Assembly: GCA_951406725.2 (NCBI GenBank)
Contig: OX597818.1
Span: forward strand, 103,788,001-103,852,000
Direction: 5' to 3'
Origin: Octopus vulgaris
Lineage: Eukaryota
DNA length: 64,000 bases
Made by a program: the position numbers and the translations under genes. Under the pieces are notes generated by a model. That model did not search any database and was not told the origin of the DNA. It saw nothing but the letters and a program-made list of their open reading frames with translations. Shown here one piece after another: positions 43,186 to 55,739 of the stretch (within the stretch, counting starts at the first letter, position 1; each line of letters starts with the position of its first letter).

Positions 43186-43210
43186 GTGTGTGTGTGTGTG
43201 TGTGTGTGTA

Positions 43211-43286
<76 letters not shown>

Positions 43287-43344
43287 TTAATAGCCTGATA
43301 TCTAAATATATATATATATAGTAAATAAATGGTACAACAAGGCA

Positions 43345-43386
<42 letters not shown>

Positions 43387-44027
43387 TTTATACATACATA
43401 AGTGTATATATATGTCTCTGTGTGTGAATATATATTTACATCTGTGAGCATGTATATATGATGAGCTTCCGGAAATTTCTATGCACTGATCATTACCCGC
43501 ACATTTTTGATTAACCATGCGGTTGTGAAGTTACGTTCTTACGCATTGCACTCACTTGATTTGAAGAAAGAAAAGTGTTTGAAAACTTCGAGAAAACACA
43601 AAAGGTAAATTTGAAAACTTGTGCTAGACTTCGTATATTCTAAGCGTCTCAGTTTACTGAAGCCACGTATATAACAAAATGAAATAGAATACAAATTATA
43701 AAATAACCAGGCAAATGTATTTCCAAAATCAATACCTACCGAATCAGAGTATTCGGTCATAATACCACTCTCTATATTTTGACTGAATCAAAGCTATCAC
43801 ACGTAGAGATTTGATACATCAATGTTATTTTACTGACGTTGCTTTAAGTGCATTACCGAAAATTACTCAGGCTTGTGGAATGAAAATAATCTACCGATTT
43901 TATCTAAAGAATAAAGAGCATTCAAATAATGAATAAGCAATTCATATGAATGCATAGAGTTTCAAGATACCTTCATGGAGCAACATTGAAATAGATGATT
44001 CAAATAACAAGGAGAGTAGTAGAAGTA

Positions 44028-44106
<79 letters not shown>

Positions 44107-44140
44107 CAGTAGCAGTAGTAGTAGTAGTTGTAGCAGTATA

Positions 44141-44431
44141 GATCTTGTAGCTTTTGACCAGCAGATTTAGAAAATTTTTTTTGTAACTAAAACCTTCGTA
44201 TACTGGTAGAATGTGTCATATAAAATCTATTTTGCTCTTAGCGTTTTTGAGAAAAGTTTATATTTACGAAGTTATTTCGTTTTAAAGTTGTCGTATCTAG
44301 GTAATTTCAACCAATCAATGACGTGTATTCAGCTGAATAAAATTACTGCCTTTGTTTGTCAACAACAGATATTGAAAGTGTTTAGTTACAAAAAATTATT
44401 TTCTAAATCTGCCGGTCAAAAGGTAAAGATC
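44141..44431. mobile_element. MITE (relative of 13853-14237) inside an (AGT)n microsatellite
   Basis: TIRs GATCTT..AGCTTTTGACCAGCAGATTTAGAAAA / TTTTCTAAATCTGCCGGTCAAAAGGTAAAGATC; (AGT)n at 44016-44138 and 44433-44540. Confidence 0.85.
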
Positions 44432-44432
44432 C

Positions 44433-44494
<62 letters not shown>

Positions 44495-44495
44495 T

Positions 44496-44541
<46 letters not shown>

Positions 44542-44687
44542 GAAAAATTTTGACAAAATCAAACAGGAACTTGGTGGGTACTTTTATTTTCCAACGGCCA
44601 GGAAAGTTGATAATGGTGAGATGTGATCTTCATATCGAAATAACGGAAACGAATATCGCAAGCCATTATTTCCAACTTCTCAACATC

Positions 44688-44902
44688 AATAATCCTTTCT
44701 ACAATAGGTACAAGGCCAGAACTTTTGTGGGAGGGGAATAATCGATTACATCGACCCAGTACGCAACTGGTATTTATTTTGTCGAGCCCGAAACGATGAA
44801 GAGGCAAATTCGACCTCGGTAGAATTTGAACTCAGAACCTAGCGAGAGGTGTCTGAAACACCACTAGGCATTTCGCCAGGGCGTGCTAAAGATTCTGCCA
44901 GT
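44688..44902 (-). mobile_element. SINE family B monomer with alternative tail
   Basis: AATAATCCTTTCTACAATAGGTACAAGGCC tail; GAATTTGAACTCAGAAC; GATTCTGCCAG. Confidence 0.85.
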
Positions 44903-45004
44903 TTTGTTTTTATAATGTTATGCTTCAATATAATACACTTCACGGTTGTACGTCTCTCTCAAGATACGTCTCTGACCTTCCTGAACATATTCTTGTATTT
45001 TCCA

Positions 45005-45399
45005 CTAGCAGTATCGCCCGGCGTTGCTCGGGTTTGTAAGGGAAATAACTATATAAGCATTTTTAGAGATGTAAAGTATAATAGCCATCTCAATATGGCT
45101 AACCACAAAGAGTGGGGTTACTGTTGGCTTTTTATGGCTCTGAGATTTAATAATACATTTTTAGAGAGTTACTTCCCTTATATATGCCAAAAATGCATTA
45201 AAAATGAGAAAAATTGATGGTAATTTTTATTTTAAATCGTAGACTCATCGTAGACGCGCGCTAATACCCAGAAGGGCTCGATATGAATCACGACTATAAA
45301 ATACCCGGTTTTGGTTAAACTGCACCGCAAAATGTGGGAGTAGTTAGGAATCTAAATCAGGAGACAGACAGCACACAACCTTACTTTTATATATAAAGA
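45005..45399 (-). mobile_element. Non-autonomous Helitron
   Basis: Minus strand: A|TCTTTATATAT ... hairpin CCCGAGCAACGCCGGG, CGATACTG, CTAG|T. These are canonical TC/CTRR ends in an AT target with no TSD. Confidence 0.88.
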
Positions 45400-45401
45400 T
45401 T

Positions 45402-45639
45402 ACTCTTTTTACTCTTTTTTACTCTTTTTACTTGTTTCAGTCATTTGATTGCGGCCATGCTGGAGCACCGCCTTTAGTCGAGCAAATCGACCCCGGGACT
45501 TATTCTTTTGTAAGCCCAATACTTATTCTATTGGTCTCTTTTGCCGAACTGCTAAGTGACAGGGACGTAAGCACACCAGCATCGGTTGTCAAGCAATGCT
45601 AGGGGAACAAACACAGACACACAAACATATTCACACACA

Positions 45640-45679
<40 letters not shown>

Positions 45680-45842
45680 TACGACAGGTTTCTTTCAGTT
45701 TCTCGTCTACCAAAATCCACTCACAAGGCATTGGTCGGCCCGGGGCTATAGCAGAAGACACTTGCCCAAGATGACACGCAGTGGGACTGAACCCGGAACC
45801 ATGTGGTTGGTTAGCAAGCTACTTGCAAACAGCCACTCCTAT
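45402..45842 (-). mobile_element. SINE family A full-length
   Basis: Close to consensus. Confidence 0.93.
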
Positions 45843-46569
45843 TGCTTTGTAAGCGTTCCTCCTATTCGTGTCCCAATCCTAATGTTATCTACAGTCCCAG
45901 TATTATATTTTGAAGTCATTAGTTATATTTCACTCTCGTTTTGCGTAAATCTTACACATTACTGAGATGCATATTCAATATCTTATTTCACTGTCTTTGA
46001 GCATTATATGCGTGTGATCCAAGATATCTGAAATCTATTTACGCGTCTTAACTTTGTATTCTTTCATGACATAATGTGTTGGTTTGACTGATTGGAAACC
46101 ATAAACTCAGTTTTATAATCTTTGATATGTAATCCGATCAGTTTTGGTGATTCCCTCTTTTTTCTGCAAATGATGAGCTTCATTGGTAATTATTGGAAGA
46201 ATTATATAATTCCGCATCAAATCGTTCGAACTAATAGCTTCAAAGAAGGCTTCTTTTTCCATAAAATTTTCGAATGCTGATTGCACCTGCAGTGTTACCT
46301 AAGATAGTGTATAACTGCATACTCCGAATCTGCTAAGGAATATGAATGATATAATAGCATATAGGTACTGGTTTTAATACGTTTGTATTCCTTTAATTTG
46401 CAGAGGTATTGAGCTTTCTGAACGAAACAAAACTTTAGTTACATTTACTTCATTCCAGAGGAATTGCTTTATAAGTGGGTGATTTTTTAAAAACAGTTCA
46501 CTGTAAATTTTAGCGGCAAATTTCGTCCTGTTTATACACTTTACTCCAGAGATAGACAAACTTAGAATA

Positions 46570-47082
46570 TCTTTATATATAAAACTGTAGTTGTGTGAGT
46601 GTCTGTCTCCTACGATTTAGATTCCTAACTCCTCCCACATTTTGCGGTGCAGTTTAACCAAATTCGGGTATCTTATAGTCGTGATTAATATCGAGCCCGT
46701 CTGGCTATTAGCGCGCGTCTACGATGAGTCTACGATTTAAAAAATAATTTAACATCATTTTTTATTCCATTTTAATGCATAATTTTTCGTGTGTCGATGG
46801 CGGCGGAGTTGGCGTCCATGGTCACGCCTGCACCTGTTTGCTTCTCCCCCTTCTTCCCTCCCTCGTGAAGCTGTGGGGAAAGGAGTGTAAGGAAATCAAC
46901 GTCGTAATGCGTTGTCAAGGAGACCAGCGTTCTTTTAGAACAACGACTTCATGGCTTGAAGACACCAAAACAGAAATGGCTAAGAAAGCCCGAATTGGCA
47001 TCTATAAGGGAAGTAACTCTCTAAAAATGCTTATATAGTTATTTCCCTTACAAACCCGAGCAACGCCGGGCGATACTGCTAG
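46570..47082 (+). mobile_element. Non-autonomous Helitron (same family as 45005-45399)
   Basis: A|TCTTTATATATAAAA ... CCCGAGCAACGCCGGGCGATACTGCTAG|T. Confidence 0.9.
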
Positions 47083-47235
47083 TCTTTATTTAAATCTTTA
47101 AATTTTCTTTCCTTAACAATAAATTTTGTTCGAGAAGCAATCCAGTCTTGTTCTATTTTCTGGTTGTTTCCTTACTATCAAACACGTTCTCTTCGCTCTC
47201 ATGCCTCTCACACTTCCTTTCTCTCACCCTCTCTC

Positions 47236-47284
<49 letters not shown>

Positions 47285-47287
47285 ATA

Positions 47288-47478
47288 GATCGTTAGCCAC
47301 TACACACATTTTTCTCTCCTATTTTTTCTTTCCTTTTTTCTCTCCTTGTTTTTTCTGTGTCCCTTTCTGTAGAAGAGCGTATGCTCGAAACGTAAAAGAC
47401 TTTTTCTATTCCTGAACGTTATACTAATACATCTGTTTGTTTTGTACACCACCTGTCTTTGTCTTTTGTTTTTTTCGT

Positions 47479-47490
<12 letters not shown>
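47288..47490 (+). mobile_element. Family D short element with atypical hammerhead (47363-47398)
   Basis: CTTT-CTGTAGAA-GAG(CGTATG)CTC-GAAA-C-GTA-AAAG. Confidence 0.85.
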
Positions 47491-47547
<57 letters not shown>

Positions 47548-47564
47548 CAAGATCTAAATAAATT

Positions 47565-47696
47565 TGGCTTACGGCTTTTTCCAGTAGTCTTTAAAGCTAC
47601 GCTACTGATAGGTTTACTTAGTGGTCTATTGATCAGCTGAGAAAATTCGAACGACATGAAAAAAAGAAAATATCAATGCTACTTTCGTCAGAGCCA
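47565..47696 (-). ncRNA. Type I hammerhead motif with long stem-II insert
   Basis: Minus strand TGGCT-CTGACGA-A-AGTAG...~90 nt...CTACT-G-GAAA-AAGCC-GTA-AGCCA; perfect 5-bp stem I. Confidence 0.6.
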
Positions 47697-48179
47697 CTTC
47701 TGGTAATAGCAAACCAGAACACCAAAGGAATATACGTGTATGGGGAAGGAAAAAAATAGGGCAAATGATACGTAGAATAGAGAAAAGCGGAAGACATGTA
47801 GCAAGAAGGTGAAGAGAAAGAACGAAAAAACAGAAGAACAGAAGAAATACTTACTTAATAGAAGGAGGGAGGATAGTATTGTCAAAATGTTGGAAACAGA
47901 GGACAGTCATAAATCTTTAGTGTTTGCAGTCAGGTCAACACATGAAAATATTTGATTTGTGTTTAGATTAGATATACTCCAAATATGTTGAAATTTGATA
48001 TGGGCCATTTACACACATGGACAAATTAAGTCCTTCATATATATGGACGCTGATGTTATCAGGTATAGTAAGGGAATACGTACAAACATACATATATGTG
48101 CGCGTGAATGTGTGTGTGTGTGTGTGTGTTATGTAAGTGCATTTCACAACTATACACACAAACACACTTATATACATAC

Positions 48180-48247
<68 letters not shown>

Positions 48248-48261
48248 GTATATGTATATAT

Positions 48262-49697
48262 ATCCTTAAATCCTTAAAAATTGTTTTAGCCCGAAGGCCG
48301 CGACCATGCTGGGGCACCACCGCTGAATGAGCTACACTAATATGTGAATCCACCTCTGATACGTGGCACTTGATCAACAAGGGAATTCAATGCTGCTGCC
48401 CGCATCTGCGTCTCCTGTCGTGAGGTAGGTTCATTTGAGACTCCCGACAAGAAGAGATCCAGTTTAGTTTTAAAGAAACCCACATCCACACCATGTAAGT
48501 CTCTCAGGCATTTAGGGAGGATGTTAAAGAGCTGTGGTCCTCTGAAACCCAAGCTGTTGCAGTATCTGGACCTGTATTTTGATGGTGATGTTGGAATCTT
48601 TGGCACCATGTAGTGGCGCCCTGTTCTGCAGGTTGGGGTAACTTTGAATGACCAAAGTTTGGGACAAGACCCTCCAGGATTATCCAGATGTATATCACCG
48701 CATATCTCTCCCGCCTCCGCTCTAGGGAGAAGAGGTTTAATAATTTCAGTCTTTCCCAGTAGCTGATATTTTGCATTGAGACGATCTTCTTTGTGTAGAA
48801 TCTTCTTTGAATTGCTTCGAGTTCTGCTGTTTGTTTTATATTGTGTGGTGACCATAGTTGGGAGCAGTAGTCCAAGCGGCTGAGGACGAATGTTTTCCAT
48901 AGGACCATCAGTGTCTCCTTCTCTCTTGTTCTGAAAGTTCGGAGAATCCATCCAGCTAGCCGTCTGCATTTTATCACCAGATTAGCAATATGCATTTGGA
49001 AAGATGCATCATTGCTCATGTCAATGCCCAGGTCACGCACTGATTTTGACTCAGGGATTGCAATTCTTCCTGGGCCAGTGTATCCAGTCTTCACGTCATT
49101 TACCTTTGTGTGCCAGTAGCGCAGGGCCTGGAACTTACCTGCATTAAACTGCATGTTGTTGTCCTCAGCCCACCTGTATATTGTGTCCAGCTCATGTTGC
49201 AGATGCGCAATATTTTCAGGGTTTTGTATTGCGTGGGAGACTTTTGTGTCATCTGCATAGCTAGCAAGGGTGGTCATCGTAGCAACTGAAGGCATGTCTG
49301 AAAGGGCCACTATGAACATCAGTGGCCCCAAGACAGTGCCCTGTGGGACACCGCTTGTTATTTGCGTTTCCTTGGAGGTGGCTCCATTGCTCACAACTGC
49401 CTGTTTTCTGTCTTTTAGGAAGTTGTGCAGCCACTCTCCAAGTTTTCCCGCCTATGCCGAGACCACGCAGTTTGTGACAGATCATACCATGGTCGACTTT
49501 ATCAAAGGCTTTTGCAAAGTCGAGATATATTACATCCACATTTGAGCCATTTAGTAGCTGTTTCAACACCCAGTCATAGTGTTGCAGGAGCTGTGTTAGG
49601 CAGCCTCTACCTGGTCGAAATCCATGCTGGGTGTCAGACAGCAAGTCATTTTCTTCAAGGAACATGATTAGTTTCTTGCGGACTATTCGTATATCAT
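48262..49697 (-). mobile_element. 5'-truncated CR1/L2-group LINE: frameshifted reverse transcriptase, 3' UTR and (TTTAAGGA)n tail
   Basis: QHGFRPGRGCLTQLL, VIYLDFAKAFDKVDH, GVPQGTVLGPLMF, YADDTK, RLDYCSQLWSP and LERRRER across ORFs 49261-49743, 48504-49394 and 48337-48969. Confidence 0.95.
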
Positions 49698-49864
49698 TGC
49701 TTTTTGCAGCATGTTTGGATAGGGATATTCGTGTCTTTCTCATGAAAAAGCTTTGCCGTAATACCCTGTCTTTGCAATCTATCTTTGCATGTTTTCTCCC
49801 TGGTCCCCGTATATTTTGCTTTGAATGCTATACAATATAGATTTTTTGATGTTATGTACTTTTC

Positions 49865-50658
49865 TTTTCCAGAGAACCATCAGTGTCTCCTTCTCTCTTG
49901 TTCTGAAAGTTCGGAGAATCCATCCAGCTAGCCGTCTGCATTTTATCAACAGATTAGTAATATGCACTTGGAAAGATGCATCATTGCTCATGTCAATGCT
50001 CAGGTCACGCACTGATTTTGACTCAGGGATTGCAATTCTTCCTGGGCCAGTGTATCCAGTCTGCATGTCGTTGTGTACCGGTAGCGCAGGGCCTGGAACT
50101 TACCTGCATTAAACTGCATGTTGTTGTCCTCAGCCCACCTGTATATTGTGTCCAACTACTGTTGCAGATGCGCAATATTTTCAGGGTTTTGTATTGTTTG
50201 GGAGACTTTTGTGTCATCTGCATAGCTAGCAAGGGTGGCCATCATAGCAACTGAAGGTAAGTCTGAAAGAGCCACTATGAACAGCAGGGGCCCCAAGACA
50301 GTGCCCTGTGGAGCACCGCTTGTTATTTGTGTTTCCTTGGAGGTGGCTCCATTGCTCACAACTGCCTGTCTTCTATCTTTTAGGAAGTTGTGCAGCCACT
50401 CTCCAAGTTTTCCGCCTATGCCGAGACCACGCAGTTTGTGACAGATCATACCGTGGTCGACTTTATCAAAGGCTTTTCCAAAGTCGAGATATATTACATC
50501 CATATTTGAGCCATTTAGTAGCTGTTTTAACACCCAGTCATAGTGTTGCAGGAGCTGTGTTAAGCAGCTGCTACCTGGTTGAAATCCATGCTGGGTGTCA
50601 GACAGCAAGTCATTTTCTTCAAGGAACATGATTAGTTTCTTGCGGACTATTCGTATAT
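49865..50658 (-). mobile_element. Second, partial copy of the same LINE RT segment (stop codon and frameshifts)
   Basis: ORFs 50156-50629 and 49779-50066 repeat the same motifs; same 5' truncation point. Confidence 0.93.
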
Positions 50659-50796
50659 TTAAATTCTTTGAAAATGTTTTTTTCTTATATGGGATATTGT
50701 GTTTTCATTTCCTTTCATGAAAACTTTGAGCGTACACCCTTTGTCTTTCAATCTATCTTTCTGTTTCTCTCCCTCTCTCTCTCTCTCTCTCTTTCT

Positions 50797-50847
<51 letters not shown>

Positions 50848-52618
50848 TCTCTCTCTCTCCCTCTCCTTGTCTGATATATATGTATGTATGTATGTAGGTA
50901 GGTAGGTATTATGTATATACAGAGAGTCGTGCAGTATTTCTGTCACTGAACGTATCTGACAATGATTGTATTGCTACTTTTAGAACGTTAATATATTAAG
51001 AACGTTCACTACATCCTGCAGTGCTGTGTCCATAAAACCCATAGAAATGTACATACGACTGACAACTTCCAGCAAAAACATCAACTCTCGTTTTCCTTGG
51101 CTATTCCTTGTATACAGGAAAATATAAGAATATGTATATTCAAATAAAAGATACCTCAATGTATCTATGTTGTTTATATTTCCTTGTAAAAGGCGTATAT
51201 ATTTGTTGAAGAAATGCTGCTGTTTTATCTATACATCGATCTAAGAATAAGCCCTACCATCAAGATGCAGAAAAAAATTATTTTGCACGATATCTCACTC
51301 CAAATATTCTTTTCTTTATGATATAGATTCTGCTAGAATTATCCATAAATATAGTTGAAGAACATATTTAAGTCATATCTTGAGACAGTTACTACGTAGA
51401 TTAACTTGTCATTTAGATATTTTCTTCTCTAGAGGCATAGATATAGATATAATAGTTTGCCGCCATATATTTGACGATGAGTATGGGTGCGTTTCATATA
51501 TACACACATACACATATGAAAATCTGCAGACACATATATACATAAATATATATCAAAATATATATATATTTCCATAAATAAATGAATAAGATGGAGTGGA
51601 TATAAACAGGGTTCGAGTCGAACGTAACAATATGCTACGGGAGTTTATATGGTTGTATATATATATATATTTATGAACCGCTTCTGTTCTGTATGACTTC
51701 GTAAATGGCTGTATATATATATATATATATCACTCATAACACATATGCTACATACATATATATATAAATCCTTCCACATATTTCGCCCTCACTACTTTAT
51801 CCGCATCTTTTCATGCTGTTGCCTAATCCTTCTTCCGAATTGCTGTTTTGTAAGACGCATGCTACATACTTTCTATCTCAAATAATGCTACATTATCAAA
51901 ATATTGTTTTTGTTTTCCAATTTTCACTGAGAGCAGCTTTTTCATTCTTGTTCCTACTTGAAATAAAACATTTATTCAAGTTCAACTGAAGAAGGTTCTT
52001 CCCACAGCGGATCTGATTTTGAGGCGTTCATCTAACTTTGCTTCAATTCCCCATAAAAGAATTGCATTGCTTTGAATACTGGTATTGCTCTCCCGGAGGC
52101 TTGCATACATACGTAAATACATACAAATTCACACAGATATGCACATAATATATATGTGACGATGATATATATATATATACAAGTATGTGACAGTTTAAGC
52201 ACTATGTATGACCTTTGTAAATCTTATATTTATTTGTAAAAATAATATGCTTGAAATTTATTGGATACTGTGTTTCCAGTAGCTACCTGAACATCATAGA
52301 TCCACTGACAAACATACTTATGAGGCATCTTCACAAACCATACTTCAACAGTCTTTTCCGATAAAAAAAATTGTTGAATTACAACGGTGATATATAATGG
52401 AACAACACTAAGTATCGGCCTTTGTAAATCTTAATTTTTAATCTGTGTGCAGTTCTATGTGTCTCTGAAATGCTTTAGTTCAGTGAAAAATTTTCTCTCA
52501 ACGATGAAAATGAAACAAAAGCCTTGTATAAAGATTATTGAATACATCTCTAGCGAAATATTATCACAAGATATCTGTAGACTTTATCAGTAAGAATGAC
52601 GCCCTAGCAATTCATAAT

Positions 52619-52657
<39 letters not shown>

Positions 52658-52780
52658 TATATATATATATAGATAGATAGATAGATATAGATATAGATAT
52701 ATATGTACATATATATACATACATATATATATAAATATATATATATATATACAAAATAAATATAAGAGAGTGTGTGTATG

Positions 52781-52814
<34 letters not shown>

Positions 52815-52851
52815 GGTTTCTCGTACATATATACATACATATATATATAAA

Positions 52852-52886
<35 letters not shown>

Positions 52887-52993
52887 GTTACATATATATA
52901 TATGTTTATATATATATACATATATATAAATATACATGCATATACATAAATATATGTATATATATACATACATATATATAAATAAATACATAC

Positions 52994-53052
<59 letters not shown>

Positions 53053-53056
<4 letters not shown>

Positions 53057-53580
53057 TAAAAACGGTAAGATAAAAGAAAGAAAGAGACCTCAATATTATG
53101 TAAATAGAAGAATTTATCTGTAAATATAATATGTGAAAATTATTCTGTAGCCAAGATAAAACTGAGTTTTATCACACCACCATCTCATCGGATAAACGCT
53201 ATGAAAAAAGACCGTTATACAAAGGGAAATTACCGTGTTATAGACCGCTATTTATAGAAAAGCGCCATTCGAATGAAGATGTGTACGTTTTTCTAGTGAT
53301 GTACACGTACGCATGTGGGTGTGCGAGCGGATGAGTGTGCTTACGCGTATTCTATGAACTTTTTTACCGTATCTTAATTAGTGGTCATTCGAATAGCGCT
53401 TTTCTATAAATACTGATCTATAACACAGTAATTTCCCTTTGTATAACGGTCTTTTTTCATAGCGTTTTTCCGATGGCCGGATAACTGAAGAGATGGTGGT
53501 GTAAATTTCCACCTCGGCATCCGAAACTCAGAGTTTTATCTTGGCTACCGAATAATTGTCACATATTATATTTACAGATA
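53053..53580. mobile_element. Family H fold-back element between (TA)n tracts, with hammerhead in the right arm
   Basis: Inverted arms ~53115-53277 / 53385-53580. Confidence 0.85.
53479..53541 (+). ncRNA. Type I hammerhead ribozyme motif
   Basis: GATAA-CTGAAGA-GATG...CATC-C-GAAA-CTCAGA-GTT-TTATC; GUU triplet at 53533-53535. Confidence 0.72.
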
Positions 53581-54053
53581 TATATATATATATATTATTC
53601 CGTTCAAGATCCTCTGTCAAAATACATTAAGAACTCAAGAAGGTACGATCGTCGTTTTCTGAAGCACTATATTATTGTCGTGAATCCTTTTGCAATATCG
53701 AGTAATGATTACTGTTTGTGAATTCATTCGCACAACTTTTCGTAATGTAATCAAGAATTTCTAAATACCAACTCAGAAACTCAATGTGTCTTCCAGGTCA
53801 GGTTCATCGTGATCTACATGATAGTAATTGAATGAACAAAACATTCACTCTTCATAAACACAGACCTCTGTGATGTCACATACTTTCTCGTGCCAACCCC
53901 AGATAAATATTATACGTTCTCTTATGTCTCCACATGACAGAAGTTTTGATGAAAATGGTCTAACAATATTTTTCGCATTAACGTTTGTCTTCAGTCAAGA
54001 GGATAGTTATCTGTTTTAATCCAGGACAGTCATTTTAGTGGATGTCATTGTAT

Positions 54054-54426
54054 ATTAGAAATATTAAATTTCCAAATATCTCACAGAGATATGAGCAGTG
54101 GTGGAACGATAGAGCAGTTGTATACTGTCAACTTAACTTGACAGTCCTATAGAGGGAATTACACCACCGTTATTTAGCCCTAGGAAGCATCAACGCTTCC
54201 TGTCGGCCTTGACACATTTCCTGTGTCCTTAGGTTTACAAATGGGAGACAAGCACCCCCAACAGCTAGGCCTGCACCCAGAGGCGTGTTTCTGAATCTTG
54301 CTCGTCATCAGTCTGGAGTTGCATGGCCTGCTAGCTGAGATATTTAGGAACTTAATATTTCTAATTTTGGTGGTGTAATTCCATCTATGAGACTGTCAAG
54401 TTAAGTTGACAGTATACAACTGCTCA
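54054..54426. mobile_element. Family E element, second copy; hammerhead on minus strand (54277-54316)
   Basis: Homologous to 12058-12535; CCAGA-CTGATGA-CGAGCAAGATTCA-GAAA-CACGCC-TCTGG (4-nt deletion at the cleavage site). Confidence 0.82.
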
Positions 54427-55203
54427 TTGTATATTGTTTTAGCGAAAAATTCATTTCGCATTGGGGGGTAGTACCTTAATTATAATTCTGGCAGGGGCTA
54501 ATAACATGTGTAATATCTAGCTCAGTAACAGACATCATCCATATTGTAGAGGTTTCATTAAGCGCCCCGCTGTCTCATTTTTGTACTAAGTATTGTGCAG
54601 TAATCTCCTGTTCTTCGATTGCAGATGCATAGCCTTTAAAGGAGGATGTAATACAGCGGTCAAGCGTCCATCATGTCAATATTACTAATTCTTCAGGTCT
54701 TTGCAAAACATACCCTTTCCTAGTTTTGTTTCGTATGCTGTGCGTATATATATCATTTTTTGTGTGGAAGAAATGAGAAGATATAGGGTCCACTGAGGTA
54801 TCGCTTTTGAGTTTGGGGAACTGGTTTTCCACAAATGTGTGTGCATATGTATGTATGTACGCCTATGTGTGTATGGGTGTGTGTGGGCATGTTAGGGGGT
54901 GCATGATAGGTGTGTGCGTGGATATGTGGGTGTATGTGTGTGGGCATGATTGCGTTCAAAACTAAAATCAAGAAAAACAACACGGAGACCAAAGAACAGA
55001 ATTATTTTGTTCTTCAGTAAGAAATTTAGAGATTGTAAGATCTTTTATATTTGAAGCTACAAGCTTCTCTTAACATTAAATTGGTAGAAAGAAATATTAT
55101 TTATGAAGACATGATAAAAGAAACGGCATATAAGAGAAATATATACCCGAAGGCGTATATATCTGTATGTACGGATATTCACACATGTATACATATACAT
55201 AAC

Positions 55204-55245
<42 letters not shown>

Positions 55246-55739
55246 GAATTGAGGTAATCAGATCAGATGGTTCATATTTGTAGATATTTATTTATATATT
55301 ACATTTTTTACATATATATCATATCATATCATTCGGATTTCGGATTAGCGCTTGCTCCCATATAATACTTACAAAGTAAAGAGAGAGCGAATAATATTTT
55401 TAAACACCAGTATAATGACGTAGTGTTCTATTATATACCTTACGTATTTGGCTTGGTTTATCATTGAAACGACTTGAACTGCAACTTAAACAAGGGTGAT
55501 TTGTAACGGCCTATCAACCAGGGCTCTAAGTGGTTCTGGGTTGAGCTATTTTTCATTATTTTTTCTAAAAATACTCTTGTAAACACGGTTATAGAGCGAG
55601 CATACAGATGTAAGCATTGGCAAAAACATACATTTAGTGTATATAAGTAGTCTCTATCATTATATATAATTTAAACTTTAATTTCCTTTATATTTAACAT
55701 TCACTATTAATATCCCTACTCTTTCTGTTAGCTACTTAT

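Noticed and set aside
44213-44626. 137-aa poly-Ser ORF
   Set aside because: A MITE read into the (AGT)n microsatellite.
51983-52030. CTGAAGA plus hairpin; also a partial motif at 52260-52305
   Set aside because: Missing GAAA or a non-conforming core.
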